Positions 19,467 to 28,798 of a stretch of 64,000 nt of DNA are shown here, in pieces. The stretch is from Candidatus Poribacteria bacterium (lineage in GTDB: Bacteria; Poribacteria; WGA-4E; WGA-3G). How positions within the stretch are numbered: position 1 is the stretch's first letter; every line of letters begins with the position of its first letter. A model generated the notes under the pieces. The model made no database searches. It had not been told where the DNA came from and was given only the letters and a program-made list of their open reading frames with translations. A program made the translations under genes and the position numbers. The DNA lies in NCBI GenBank assembly GCA_965198235.1, contig OZ240248.1:3840001-3904000 (forward strand), read 5' to 3'.

Positions 19467-20870
19467 GTGAACGACGCACAGAACCGGCAAAACAGTCAAA
19501 AGAAATTCACTATACCCCGGAACCTACTGTGGGGTGGTGCGATTGCAGCAATCGTCATCGCTTTTGTTCTATTCCTTGTGATCTTCATGAGTTCCAGTGA
19601 GACCCCTACAGCCTTTTTGGTGAAATGGAAAAGTGCACTCGAATCTGGCGATCCGAAAAGGTATGAAGCACTTTGGGTGAAAAGTGCACGCCAACGTCCT
19701 GATACGGGCTATCAGAGGACTGTGAAACTCCTTAGGGATAGCGTAAATTTTGAGGTTGACCTTGGAGGCGCCAGTCAACCCTATCGAGTTCCTCGCTATA
19801 CGAACCGCTTCCGGATTGAAGGGATTCCTCTCACGGCTTATTATCCAGGCGAAGCGCAACAGCAGTTGCGGAATCTTGTTATTGAAAAGAAAGGTATTAT
19901 TCAACAACGGTGGAAAATTGTCCAGGAGGAGATAGTCGGTAGTGAATTCGCTCCTACACTGTCAACCCCTCCCAGGCAGCAACCTGGGATTACAGAACAG
20001 CCCAATAGCCCTGTAGTTCCCCTCGTGATGGCTTGGAAGGCTGCCTTAGAGACCCAGAATTTAAAGGCGTATACCGACCTATGGGATAAATCCGCTCGGA
20101 AAAAACGAGCCGCAAGTTTTGGGCGTGCTAAGGACCTGATGTCGCAAACCCACGTCGTTGATCTCGCTGGAGCTACTTATACTGCTGTTCCACGACGCAA
20201 AAACCGGCACGTGGTTGACAACATTCAGGTAACTTTGCAAAATGGCGGTGATACCATTGAGACCCACACCCGCACACTCACGGTTGAGAAAAAGGGGTTT
20301 TTCAGACGAAGATGGAAACTCATGAACGATCAAATCAATGTGATGTCTGATGCTATCGCACTCGCACCAGATATGCCTGGGGTGGACACTGTCTCTGGTG
20401 AAGAGTCCGGGGGCACTTTCGACGGAAATGCGCCATTGGATACACACCTCAAAGTGAGACAGGTGTTAGGGAAATGGCAGGCGGCTTGGGAAGAAAAGAA
20501 CCTGAATACCTATATGTCCATCTATTCCGATGAAGCACAAATTACCCGTGTGAGTGTCCGAGGCGGAAGGGAAACTTCGGTTTATCTTACAAAAGGACAG
20601 CTCCGCGCCAAGATGAAGAAACTCAATACTCTGTACGCTGACATCCAGGTCTCTATCTCCAATTTACAGGTTAACGGAGATCGGGCGGTTGCAGATGTCA
20701 AGTTTCTACAAAAATTCACTGGCACTCCGGCGAGTGGTAGCCGACCCGCTTACTCCGATTACGGCACTAAAAAACTCAATCTCATGGTAGATCCAACTGA
20801 CGGACATTGGCGCATTTACGGTGAGACGTGGAGTCGATACGAGGATGTACCGGATTTTCCGAAAATGTAG
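19467..20870 (+). CDS. Membrane-anchored protein with three NTF2-like repeats
   Basis: One TM; three repeats of WK.A.E....Y..LW/Y ... W(K/R)(I/L). Confidence 0.6.
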   Translation: MNDAQNRQNSQKKFTIPRNLLWGGAIAAIVIAFVLFLVIFMSSSETPTAFLVKWKSALESGDPKRYEALWVKSARQRPDTGYQRTVKLLRDSVNFEVDLGGASQPYRVPRYTNRFRIEGIPLTAYYPGEAQQQLRNLVIEKKGIIQQRWKIVQEEIVGSEFAPTLSTPPRQQPGITEQPNSPVVPLVMAWKAALETQNLKAYTDLWDKSARKKRAASFGRAKDLMSQTHVVDLAGATYTAVPRRKNRHVVDNIQVTLQNGGDTIETHTRTLTVEKKGFFRRRWKLMNDQINVMSDAIALAPDMPGVDTVSGEESGGTFDGNAPLDTHLKVRQVLGKWQAAWEEKNLNTYMSIYSDEAQITRVSVRGGRETSVYLTKGQLRAKMKKLNTLYADIQVSISNLQVNGDRAVADVKFLQKFTGTPASGSRPAYSDYGTKKLNLMVDPTDGHWRIYGETWSRYEDVPDFPKM

Positions 20871-20924
20871 ATGAATGGCTGTCGGTTTCCGACGGCTGAC
20901 AGCCAATAGCCATATACCCCCAAA

Positions 20925-21341
20925 ATGCACACCGAGTACCGAACCAAACGCAAAATCGAGTTTGCTGATACCGATATGGCGGGTATCGTCCATTTTACAC
21001 GGTTTTTTGTCTTTATGGAGACGGCGGAACACGAATTCCTCCGTAGTTTAGGTACAAGTGTCGCCACCGAATGGAACGGAGATAAGATCGGATGGCCCCG
21101 ACTCGCTGCTTCGTGTGAATACTTAAGCCCCCTCCGATTTGAGGATGAGGTGGACATCCGCCTCCGAGTTACCAAAAAGGGGACGAAATCCCTCACCTAC
21201 CAATTCCATTTTACGCATCAAGGAAGGGACATCGCACATGGGCAGATCACCACAGTTTGTTGTATAACGAACCCCGGTGAAAAACTACGCGCGATTCCTA
21301 TCCCAGATTTCATCGCAGATCAAATACACTGTCCATCATAG
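20925..21341 (+). CDS. Acyl-CoA thioesterase (4HBT/YbgC family)
   Basis: FADTDMAGIVHF motif. Confidence 0.9.
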   Translation: MHTEYRTKRKIEFADTDMAGIVHFTRFFVFMETAEHEFLRSLGTSVATEWNGDKIGWPRLAASCEYLSPLRFEDEVDIRLRVTKKGTKSLTYQFHFTHQGRDIAHGQITTVCCITNPGEKLRAIPIPDFIADQIHCPS

Positions 21342-21408
21342 AGGCAGTTTGCGACCTTCATTTATTGCTGAATGGCATGTACCCTTATATAACGGAGTAT
21401 TATAGAGT

Positions 21409-22098
21409 ATGAACCAAGCCGATACGAACACCCCCTTGCTGAAAGTATCCAATATATCTAAAGATTTTGGGGCAGTCGAGGTCCTACGGGATATTTCGTT
21501 TAGTTTCACGGGTGGAACGTCTGTCGCCATTACGGGGCCTTCTGGCTCCGGTAAAAGCACACTTCTGCACATCATCGGCACCTTAGAAAAGCCCTCCGGC
21601 GGGCAGGTTGAGATTAACAACACCGATCCATTTACGCTCTCTGAGCCTGAACTTGCGCGATATCGAAACGCTGTCATCGGGTTCGTATTTCAAGAGCATT
21701 ATCTACTTCCACAATATTCCGTACTTGAAAATATCCTCGTACCTACATTCGCTTTCAAGCAGAAACCTGACGCGACCCAGCGGGCACATGAACTCCTCAA
21801 ACGGGTTGGGCTTACGCATCGGACATCGCACCGACCCCCTGAACTTTCGGGGGGTGAACGACAACGCGTTGCGATCGCTCGTGCACTTATCAATCAACCC
21901 GGCATTCTTCTCTGCGATGAGCCGACCGGAAATTTGGATACTGCTACTTCCGAAACTATCGCGGATCTACTCTTTGAGCTGCACGGCGTAGAGCAGAATA
22001 TACTCATCGTTGTCACGCACAACCTCGCACTCGCCTCGAGCTTTCAGCAACACCTGCAGCTTTCAGATGGAACTTTCACCCGCAACGGAGATACCTAA
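21409..22098 (+). CDS. ABC ATP-binding protein (LolD/MacB-like)
   Basis: GPSGSGKST, LSGGERQRVAIARA, DEPTGNLD. Confidence 0.95.
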   Translation: MNQADTNTPLLKVSNISKDFGAVEVLRDISFSFTGGTSVAITGPSGSGKSTLLHIIGTLEKPSGGQVEINNTDPFTLSEPELARYRNAVIGFVFQEHYLLPQYSVLENILVPTFAFKQKPDATQRAHELLKRVGLTHRTSHRPPELSGGERQRVAIARALINQPGILLCDEPTGNLDTATSETIADLLFELHGVEQNILIVVTHNLALASSFQQHLQLSDGTFTRNGDT

Positions 22099-22133
22099 CA
22101 CCCGCAACACCATAAGAGGGTTATCGGTGAATT

Positions 22134-22220
22134 GGCTATCGGCTGTCGGCTATCGGCTTTCAGCAAAGAGGTTTCTGATGAACCAGACTCTTCTTGCTGA
22201 CCGCTGATGGCTGACGACTA
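22134..22220. repeat. Hairpin element with heptamer-repeat arms (inverted copy at about 45098-45182; related arrays near 20875, 26415, 28750, 32461, 33810)
   Basis: ggctatc/ggctgtc arms versus gctgacc/gctgatg arms; core tcagcaaagaggtttctgatgaa shared with the reverse complement of 45129-45169. Confidence 0.75.
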
Positions 22221-22222
22221 TC

Positions 22223-25200
22223 TTGCTGACAACTATCAAACAGATTATGCGCGAATTTTCTTGGAGTTCTTTCAAGTATTTTTGGCAGATACACCTTATC
22301 GTCGCGCTTTGCACTGCTGTGGCGACGGGTGTGCTTGCGGGAGCGTTGATTGTCGGAGATTCTGTGCGAGGAAGCCTGCAGAGCTTAACACAGGAACGAC
22401 TCGGCACAATCCAACATGCCCTCCTCGCTGACCGTTTTTTCCCGCCAGACATCCTATACCGACAGAACACAGTCTCAGCAATCTTGCTGAACGGGACAAT
22501 CGTTGCGCCACAAACGCAGACGCGGGCATCGAGAGTCAACATCCTCGGTGTCCAAGATAGTTTCTTCGCATTTTGGGAAGGAAACGCCGCGCCAAGTCTG
22601 AACAAAACAGATGAACAACCCTTCAATGCCATCGTCATCAACGAGGCACTACAGAACGAACTGAACGTCCAAGTAGGCGACACGCTCCTCGTAAATGTCC
22701 CCCAAGCCGCTGACATCCATCCAGAATTCCTTCTCGGCGAGCGCGACGCATCCGAGGCTATCCAAAGCCTACGCTTGATTATTAGTGAAGTTGTTCCCAT
22801 TGAGAATGCTGGGAGATTTAGTCTTCGCGCACATCAAAGTCTTCCGTTGAACGCTTTCATCGCGCTCCCGGTTTTACAAAGAGTACTTGGGCAACGGAAT
22901 AGGGTAAACGCTCTGTTTACGGCGGAAACAGTCCCAATTTCGTCTGACGATCTCGCGTTGCGCATAGACGCACTCGACTTGGACGTTCAAGAGCACGGCA
23001 CTCACTTTGATGTCCAAAGTCAGCAGTATCTCCTTAAGCCGATTTTTTCTGACCTCGCGCTAACGATCGCTGCTGAAAACCGAATTCCAACGCTCCCGAC
23101 ACTCACCTATCTCGCAAATACGATCTCTGCAAATGGCAAAACCGTTCCGTATTCGACAATCGTCGCACTCCCCACTGATGAAGGGGAGTTTTCTGAACTT
23201 CTTAGCAAAAACACTACAGAGAAACCGCAGATAAACAACGAAAACCAAGCCCGAAATGAAATGGAGGGGTTTTTGCCTGAGCGTTTCTTCAACTCGAACA
23301 CGGAAGACCCTCAAACTTCAAATCCCGTTGTTTATCCGCAAGGAAAATTAGAAAATCCTGAAATTATCCTCAATACATGGACGGCGACCGACCTCGGCGT
23401 GGAAGTCGGTGACGAGATCAGCGTCACATACTATCGCGTTGGGGCGGGAGAAGAATACATCACGGAAACGGCTCTGTTCCGCCTGAAGGGGGTTCTGCCA
23501 ATTGAAGGCATCGCCGCCGATAGAGACCTCATCCCTACTTTTCCCGGTATCCATGATACCGCTGATATGTCTGAGTGGGAATCCCCATTTCCGATCGATT
23601 ACTCACTTATTCGTGGTAAAGACGAAGCGTATTGGGATGAATACGGTGCGACACCGAAAGCGTTTATTCCACTGGAAACCGGTAAGCAACTTTGGAAAAA
23701 CCGATTCGGGGACCTCACCGCCATTCGGTTGGGTATTGCGCTAGACGCAGACTTGCAAGCAACACGCACGCTTTTTGAAACCGAATTCCTCAAAAAGATT
23801 CAACCGGAACAGGTTGGATTCCGATTCTTGGCACTTCAATCTGACGGACTTCAAGCCTCCGCCGGTGCAACAGATTTCGGAATGCTCTTTAGCAGTCTGA
23901 GTGCCTTTATCATTATTGCTGTCGCTTTGTTAGTGGGGATGCTTTTCCGCATCGGTGTAGAGCAACGGTCGCGTGAGATCGGTGTATTACAAGCGATCGG
24001 TTATCCCCTCACCAAAATCCGTCGCCGGTTCCTCTATGAAGGAGGTATCATCGTCGGTATCGGTAGTTTATGGGGTTGTCTGCTTGCGGTCGGGTATGCG
24101 CAATTGATGATATTCGGTTTACAAACGTGGTGGCTCCCTGCTATCGGGACCCCGTTTATGGAACTTCATGTCAGCGTATGGAGCTTGCTAATTGGCGCAC
24201 TTATTTCGTTGGCTGTGGTAATGCTCTCTATCCGCCTGACTGTCCACAAAGTGGGAAAAACTTCCACCGTGTCCCTCCTCGCGGGTAAAACCGATTTTGT
24301 TGAGGCAGCTGTAGGAGACAAACCCAAAAATAGGTGGATGGGACCCCTGAGCTGGTTGGCCGCCGCGATTGGGTTCGGGATAGGTATATGGGTAGAACAG
24401 CCTGTGGTGAGTCTACTGTTTGTAGCACTGTTGGTTATCGGCATCGGGTCGGAGGTATTCAATAAATGGTTAAAATCACAGAATGTACCGAAACAGTTGA
24501 ACAGAGTGCGGTTCGCCATCAGAAACGCTGCGCGACAACCGGGACGGAGCAAGACCTGTGTTACCACAATCGGTATAGCGTGCTGTATCATCGTTGCGGT
24601 GGGGGCAAATCGACACGATGCGCCACCAGAAACGGAATACGCCTTTGTCGCTGAATCCGTGCTCCCTTTGCACCATAACCTGAATACACCGGACGGTAGG
24701 TTTGAACTCGGTTTTTCTGATAAAGCCTCTGAGCTGCTTAGTGCGTCGGAGGTAATTCCGTTTCGTGTGTTGCCGGGTGAAGATGTCAGTTGTCTGAATC
24801 TCTACCAGCCCCAGAAACCGCAAATTTTGGGTGCTTCTGATGCGATGTTAGACGGAGCTCCTTGGATCAGCCTGAATCTGATGTCCACTGAAAACGGTAA
24901 AGTTCCTGCTATCGGCGATGAAAAGTCGCTCCGTTGGATTTTGCATCACAATCCGGACGATGATTTTATCGTCCAAGATGAATTTGGAAAGCCGCTCCGT
25001 CTCGAACTTGAGACGATTGTGAACAGTCTTTTCCAAAGCCAATTAATCATCTCTGAATCCAATTTCACGAAATACTTTCCCAGTCAAAGCGGATACCAAT
25101 TTTTTCTCATCAAAACGCCGCCTGCTTTGCGGGAAGAGACGGCGCAAGTCTTAGAGAAAACATTAGGGGATTACGGTTTTGACCTTGCGTCTGCATCCGC

Positions 25201-25609
25201 ACGTTTGGCGAGTTATCGGGCGGTTGAAAATACTTATATCTCTACTTTTCAAAGCCTCGGTGGTTTAGGGGTGCTGCTCGGTACTTTCGGGTTAGCACTG
25301 GTGCTGTTTAGAAATATCATTGAACGCCGTGGCGAATTAGCGACTCTGCGTGCCTTCGGTTTCAGACGGCGACTTCTCTCGTGGATGCTTTTCCTCGAAA
25401 GTTGTTTCCTCCTCGTTATTGGAATGCTTATCGGGATTGTCGCCGGACTTGCCTCGATTTTTGCTTCGCAGGGACATCTCCCGTCCTTTCCGTGGTTTTC
25501 CCTTACAATTACCTTGCTTTTCATCTTCGGTTTTGGTATAATTGCAAATGCCGTTGCCGTTGCTGTGGCACTTCGAAGCCCGCTCTTGACAACGCTCAAG
25601 TCTGAGTGA
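22223..25609 (+). CDS. ABC transporter permease, duplicated FtsX/MacB type
   Basis: GALIVGDS; two FtsX motifs (RSREIGVLQAIG, RRGELATLRAFG). Confidence 0.9.
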   Translation: MLTTIKQIMREFSWSSFKYFWQIHLIVALCTAVATGVLAGALIVGDSVRGSLQSLTQERLGTIQHALLADRFFPPDILYRQNTVSAILLNGTIVAPQTQTRASRVNILGVQDSFFAFWEGNAAPSLNKTDEQPFNAIVINEALQNELNVQVGDTLLVNVPQAADIHPEFLLGERDASEAIQSLRLIISEVVPIENAGRFSLRAHQSLPLNAFIALPVLQRVLGQRNRVNALFTAETVPISSDDLALRIDALDLDVQEHGTHFDVQSQQYLLKPIFSDLALTIAAENRIPTLPTLTYLANTISANGKTVPYSTIVALPTDEGEFSELLSKNTTEKPQINNENQARNEMEGFLPERFFNSNTEDPQTSNPVVYPQGKLENPEIILNTWTATDLGVEVGDEISVTYYRVGAGEEYITETALFRLKGVLPIEGIAADRDLIPTFPGIHDTADMSEWESPFPIDYSLIRGKDEAYWDEYGATPKAFIPLETGKQLWKNRFGDLTAIRLGIALDADLQATRTLFETEFLKKIQPEQVGFRFLALQSDGLQASAGATDFGMLFSSLSAFIIIAVALLVGMLFRIGVEQRSREIGVLQAIGYPLTKIRRRFLYEGGIIVGIGSLWGCLLAVGYAQLMIFGLQTWWLPAIGTPFMELHVSVWSLLIGALISLAVVMLSIRLTVHKVGKTSTVSLLAGKTDFVEAAVGDKPKNRWMGPLSWLAAAIGFGIGIWVEQPVVSLLFVALLVIGIGSEVFNKWLKSQNVPKQLNRVRFAIRNAARQPGRSKTCVTTIGIACCIIVAVGANRHDAPPETEYAFVAESVLPLHHNLNTPDGRFELGFSDKASELLSASEVIPFRVLPGEDVSCLNLYQPQKPQILGASDAMLDGAPWISLNLMSTENGKVPAIGDEKSLRWILHHNPDDDFIVQDEFGKPLRLELETIVNSLFQSQLIISESNFTKYFPSQSGYQFFLIKTPPALREETAQVLEKTLGDYGFDLASASARLASYRAVENTYISTFQSLGGLGVLLGTFGLALVLFRNIIERRGELATLRAFGFRRRLLSWMLFLESCFLLVIGMLIGIVAGLASIFASQGHLPSFPWFSLTITLLFIFGFGIIANAVAVAVALRSPLLTTLKSE
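23237..23355 (+). repeat. Hairpin-repeat copy lying in frame inside the permease CDS
   Basis: gcccgaaatgaaatggagggg; ggaggggtttttgcctgagcgtttctt matches intergenic 9845-9871; ends ccgcaaggaaaattagaaaa. Confidence 0.75.
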
Positions 25610-25833
25610 TGGATCCAAGTCTAAAGACTTGGGAAACTTCCGCAACCGAACGCGGAAGTCCTTTGGAATTAACCGAAAATTGGGGTCTCTGCCCATCACT
25701 GGGGCGGAGCGTGAAACGAAGAGTCATAAAATTAGTACAAAGATTTAGCTTGGAACGAAGTGGAAAGCGGAACCCATGAAAAAACTGTGAAGTACCAAAC
25801 CACGTGCCTTAACCGACAGGAATAGTTAGAAAA

Positions 25834-26412
25834 ATGTCTCGCATTGTATATGCAATCCTACTTGCCTCTTGCCTCCTGATGCAGAGCGGGTGTTCCGATG
25901 ATCCCGATCCAAATACGTCAAGTGCGCTGAATCACATGGAACGGGGATGGCGTTCCTACGAATCAAGGGACTATGCACAGGCATTACTCAGTTTTGAGCG
26001 TGCAATCAACTTCGATGAAGATCTTGCCGATGCACATAACGGCGTGGGATGGAGTCATCTCAGCCTATCGCTAAATCCACCACTGGTACAAGAAGCGTTC
26101 CAGAACGCCGTGCAACTCGATCCGTCAAATGCGGATGCATGGGTCGGACTTGCGAATCTGCTTTTTTTGCGCCACAAAGATACAAACGATTTCCGATCTG
26201 CTATCCGAGCGATTGATAATGCGCTACAAGGTGATGCCCAATATCTCTTCCGGCACGACTATCGTTCCAAAGCCGAACTCTATGTGCTTAAGGCGGCGTG
26301 CTATTACTATCTCGGTGAAGATGCGTCTGCAAAACAGGAAGTAGACAAGGCACTCCAAATTGAAACTACAAATAGGACAGCCATTGTGCTACGAGACCTA
26401 CTCAAAGAATAA
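25834..26412 (+). CDS. TPR-repeat lipoprotein
   Basis: Lipobox QSGC; TPR motifs (ADAHNGVGW, DPSNADAWVGLA). Confidence 0.8.
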   Translation: MSRIVYAILLASCLLMQSGCSDDPDPNTSSALNHMERGWRSYESRDYAQALLSFERAINFDEDLADAHNGVGWSHLSLSLNPPLVQEAFQNAVQLDPSNADAWVGLANLLFLRHKDTNDFRSAIRAIDNALQGDAQYLFRHDYRSKAELYVLKAACYYYLGEDASAKQEVDKALQIETTNRTAIVLRDLLKE

Positions 26413-26530
26413 AGGGTTATCAGTACGCCTGCTGCACAGGCTTTCGGTTAACGGTTATCGTTCCAAAAGGCTTGTGTTAAACGAATACCTCTGAACCGAC
26501 AACCGACAACCAATATAAGGAAAAATAAAT

Positions 26531-27424
26531 ATGTCTCAGAACGTTATCACGTCTACAGACTTAACGAATTATACACCCGCCCACCGTGGAAAAGTCCGAG
26601 ATCTCTATGACCTCGGGGACGAACTGCTGATCATTTCCACAGATCGTATTTCCGCCTTTGATGTTGTTCTACCGAACGGCATTCCAGATAAGGGCGGAGT
26701 CTTAACCGGTTTATCCAAATTCTGGTTCAAGCACACTGAATCCGTTGCCGACAATCACCTCATTTCAACGGAGGTCAAAGAGTATCCCAACGCTTTGCAA
26801 CCGGATGCAGAACTTCTAAAAGGACGCTCCATGCTTGTCCACAAAGCGGATAGGGTTGATGTTGAGTGTGTCGTGCGTGGGTACCTCGCAGGTTCCGGTT
26901 GGTCCTCCTATCAGAAGACGGGAGAAATCTGTGGTCAGAAACTTCCAGACGGACTGCAGGAATCTGACCTGCTTCCAGAACTTCTGTTCACGCCAACAAC
27001 CAAAGCCGAGCAGGGTGAGCATGACGAACCGATCTCCATTGAGGAGATGCGTAACGAGGTCGGCAGCGAACTTACAGATCAGTTGATTGATACCAGTTTC
27101 GCACTTTTCAGAGCCGCCAGTGAACACGCCGAAAGTGCTGGGATTATCCTCTGCGATACCAAGTTTGAATTCGGACAACGCGACGGAAAACTCATCGTTA
27201 TTGATGAAGTCTTCACGCCGGATTCCTCTCGGTTCTGGCCCGCGGATCTCTATGAGCCCGGTAAACCGCAGCAGAGTTTTGACAAGCAGTTCGTGAGAGA
27301 TTACCTTTCCGAAATCGGTTGGAACAAACAACCCCCCGCACCTGAACTGCCGGAGACTGTTATCTCCAAAACAAGCGAGAAATACCGAGAGGCATATCGC
27401 CTCATCGTTGGTGAAGAACTGTAG
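26531..27424 (+). CDS. purC: SAICAR synthase
   Basis: GKVRDLY, TDRISAFD, ECVVRGYLAGSGW, DTKFEFG, TPDSSRFW. Confidence 0.97.
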   Translation: MSQNVITSTDLTNYTPAHRGKVRDLYDLGDELLIISTDRISAFDVVLPNGIPDKGGVLTGLSKFWFKHTESVADNHLISTEVKEYPNALQPDAELLKGRSMLVHKADRVDVECVVRGYLAGSGWSSYQKTGEICGQKLPDGLQESDLLPELLFTPTTKAEQGEHDEPISIEEMRNEVGSELTDQLIDTSFALFRAASEHAESAGIILCDTKFEFGQRDGKLIVIDEVFTPDSSRFWPADLYEPGKPQQSFDKQFVRDYLSEIGWNKQPPAPELPETVISKTSEKYREAYRLIVGEEL

Positions 27425-27443
27425 CACACGGGAGAGATAGCAA

Positions 27444-28631
27444 ATGGCAGGACCCCTCGATGGAATAAAGGTTTTGGATTTGACACGGGTGCTCGCAGGT
27501 CCGTATGCAACCATGCTCCTCGGCGACCTCGGAGCAGAGGTAATCAAGATTGAACAGCCCGGCACAGGAGACGAATCTCGAAATTTTGGTCCCTTCAAAA
27601 ACGGGTTCAGCCTCTATTTCATGAGCGTGAATCGTGGAAAGCAGAGCGTGACGCTCAACCTTAAAACCGAGCGTGGGCAGGCAATATTCAAGCGATTATT
27701 GGAGCAGACCGATATTCTTGTTGAGAATTTCCGTCCGGGGGCGATGCAAAAACTGGGGTTGGATTACGACACGTTGAAAGTCGAGCATCCATCACTTATC
27801 TACGCCGCGTGCTCCGGTTTCGGGCAAACGGGTCCCTATGCACAGCAAGGTGCCTACGACATGATCATCCAAGGCATGGGCGGTATCATCAGTATCACAG
27901 GGGAGCCAGACGGACCACCGGTGCGTGTCGGCACCTCTATTAGTGACATCACCGCTGCCCTTTTCACGACAATCGGTGTCCTCTCCGCATTGCACCATCG
28001 TAATCGGACAGGTAGTGGACAGTTTGTCGATGTTGCCATGTTAGATAGTCTCGTTGCTGTCTTGGAAAATGCCGTTGTCCGCTATTTTGCTACGGGCGAA
28101 CCGCCTAAACCCTTGGGTGCAAGGCACCCCGCAATTACACCGTTTGAGGCATTTGCTTCTGCGGATGGACACGTCATTATCGCACTCGGAAATGATACTC
28201 TCTGGGCAAAATTCTGTGAACACGTCAATCGGCGGGAACTCATCACAGATAAACGGTTCCGAACCAACGCTGACCGAACGGAGAACCACGGTGAATTGTT
28301 TCCTATTCTCTCGGAGATCATGGCACAACGGAAGACTGATGACTGGATCGATGCACTTGGTGCCATTGGTGTACCGTGTGGTCCCATCAATGCGATGGAC
28401 AAAGTCGTCAGTCATCCACAGGTGCAAGCACGGGAAATGATTACGCGCATCGCACATCACATCACAGGCGAAGTGGAAGTGCCGGGGATGCCAATTAAAC
28501 TTTCGGAAACACCTGGGAGCGTAGATGCCCCCGCACCGAGTCTCGGAGAACATACGACCGAGGTCCTAACTGGCTTGTTGAAAATGCATCCAGATGAAGT
28601 GGAACAGTTAAGGCGAGATGGAGTTATTTGA
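27444..28631 (+). CDS. Class III CoA-transferase (CaiB/BaiF family)
   Basis: LDLTRVLAGP, GAEVIKIE, NRGKQS, ENFRPG, AYD. Confidence 0.95.
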   Translation: MAGPLDGIKVLDLTRVLAGPYATMLLGDLGAEVIKIEQPGTGDESRNFGPFKNGFSLYFMSVNRGKQSVTLNLKTERGQAIFKRLLEQTDILVENFRPGAMQKLGLDYDTLKVEHPSLIYAACSGFGQTGPYAQQGAYDMIIQGMGGIISITGEPDGPPVRVGTSISDITAALFTTIGVLSALHHRNRTGSGQFVDVAMLDSLVAVLENAVVRYFATGEPPKPLGARHPAITPFEAFASADGHVIIALGNDTLWAKFCEHVNRRELITDKRFRTNADRTENHGELFPILSEIMAQRKTDDWIDALGAIGVPCGPINAMDKVVSHPQVQAREMITRIAHHITGEVEVPGMPIKLSETPGSVDAPAPSLGEHTTEVLTGLLKMHPDEVEQLRRDGVI

Positions 28632-28798
28632 AGGTAATTCATAAATCGGAATAGTGAAATGTAAGAGTCACAGCGCATTGGAAACTTTCAGTGCACACCC
28701 TTGGACAGTTTACCTTTATTAAAAAACGGAAACTCTTGACAATGGGATACTGATGACTGACGGCTAATGGCTGACGGCTATTCCCGAAAGGAGTTCAG

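Noticed and set aside
18552-19499. 315-aa antisense ORF (likewise 26816..27598 and 37249..37920)
   Set aside because: Shadow ORFs opposite well-supported genes, with no recognisable motifs
22175-22200. Hammerhead ribozyme (CTGATGA core; also at 28750)
   Set aside because: No properly placed GAAA or three-stem arrangement found; both lie in heptamer repeats
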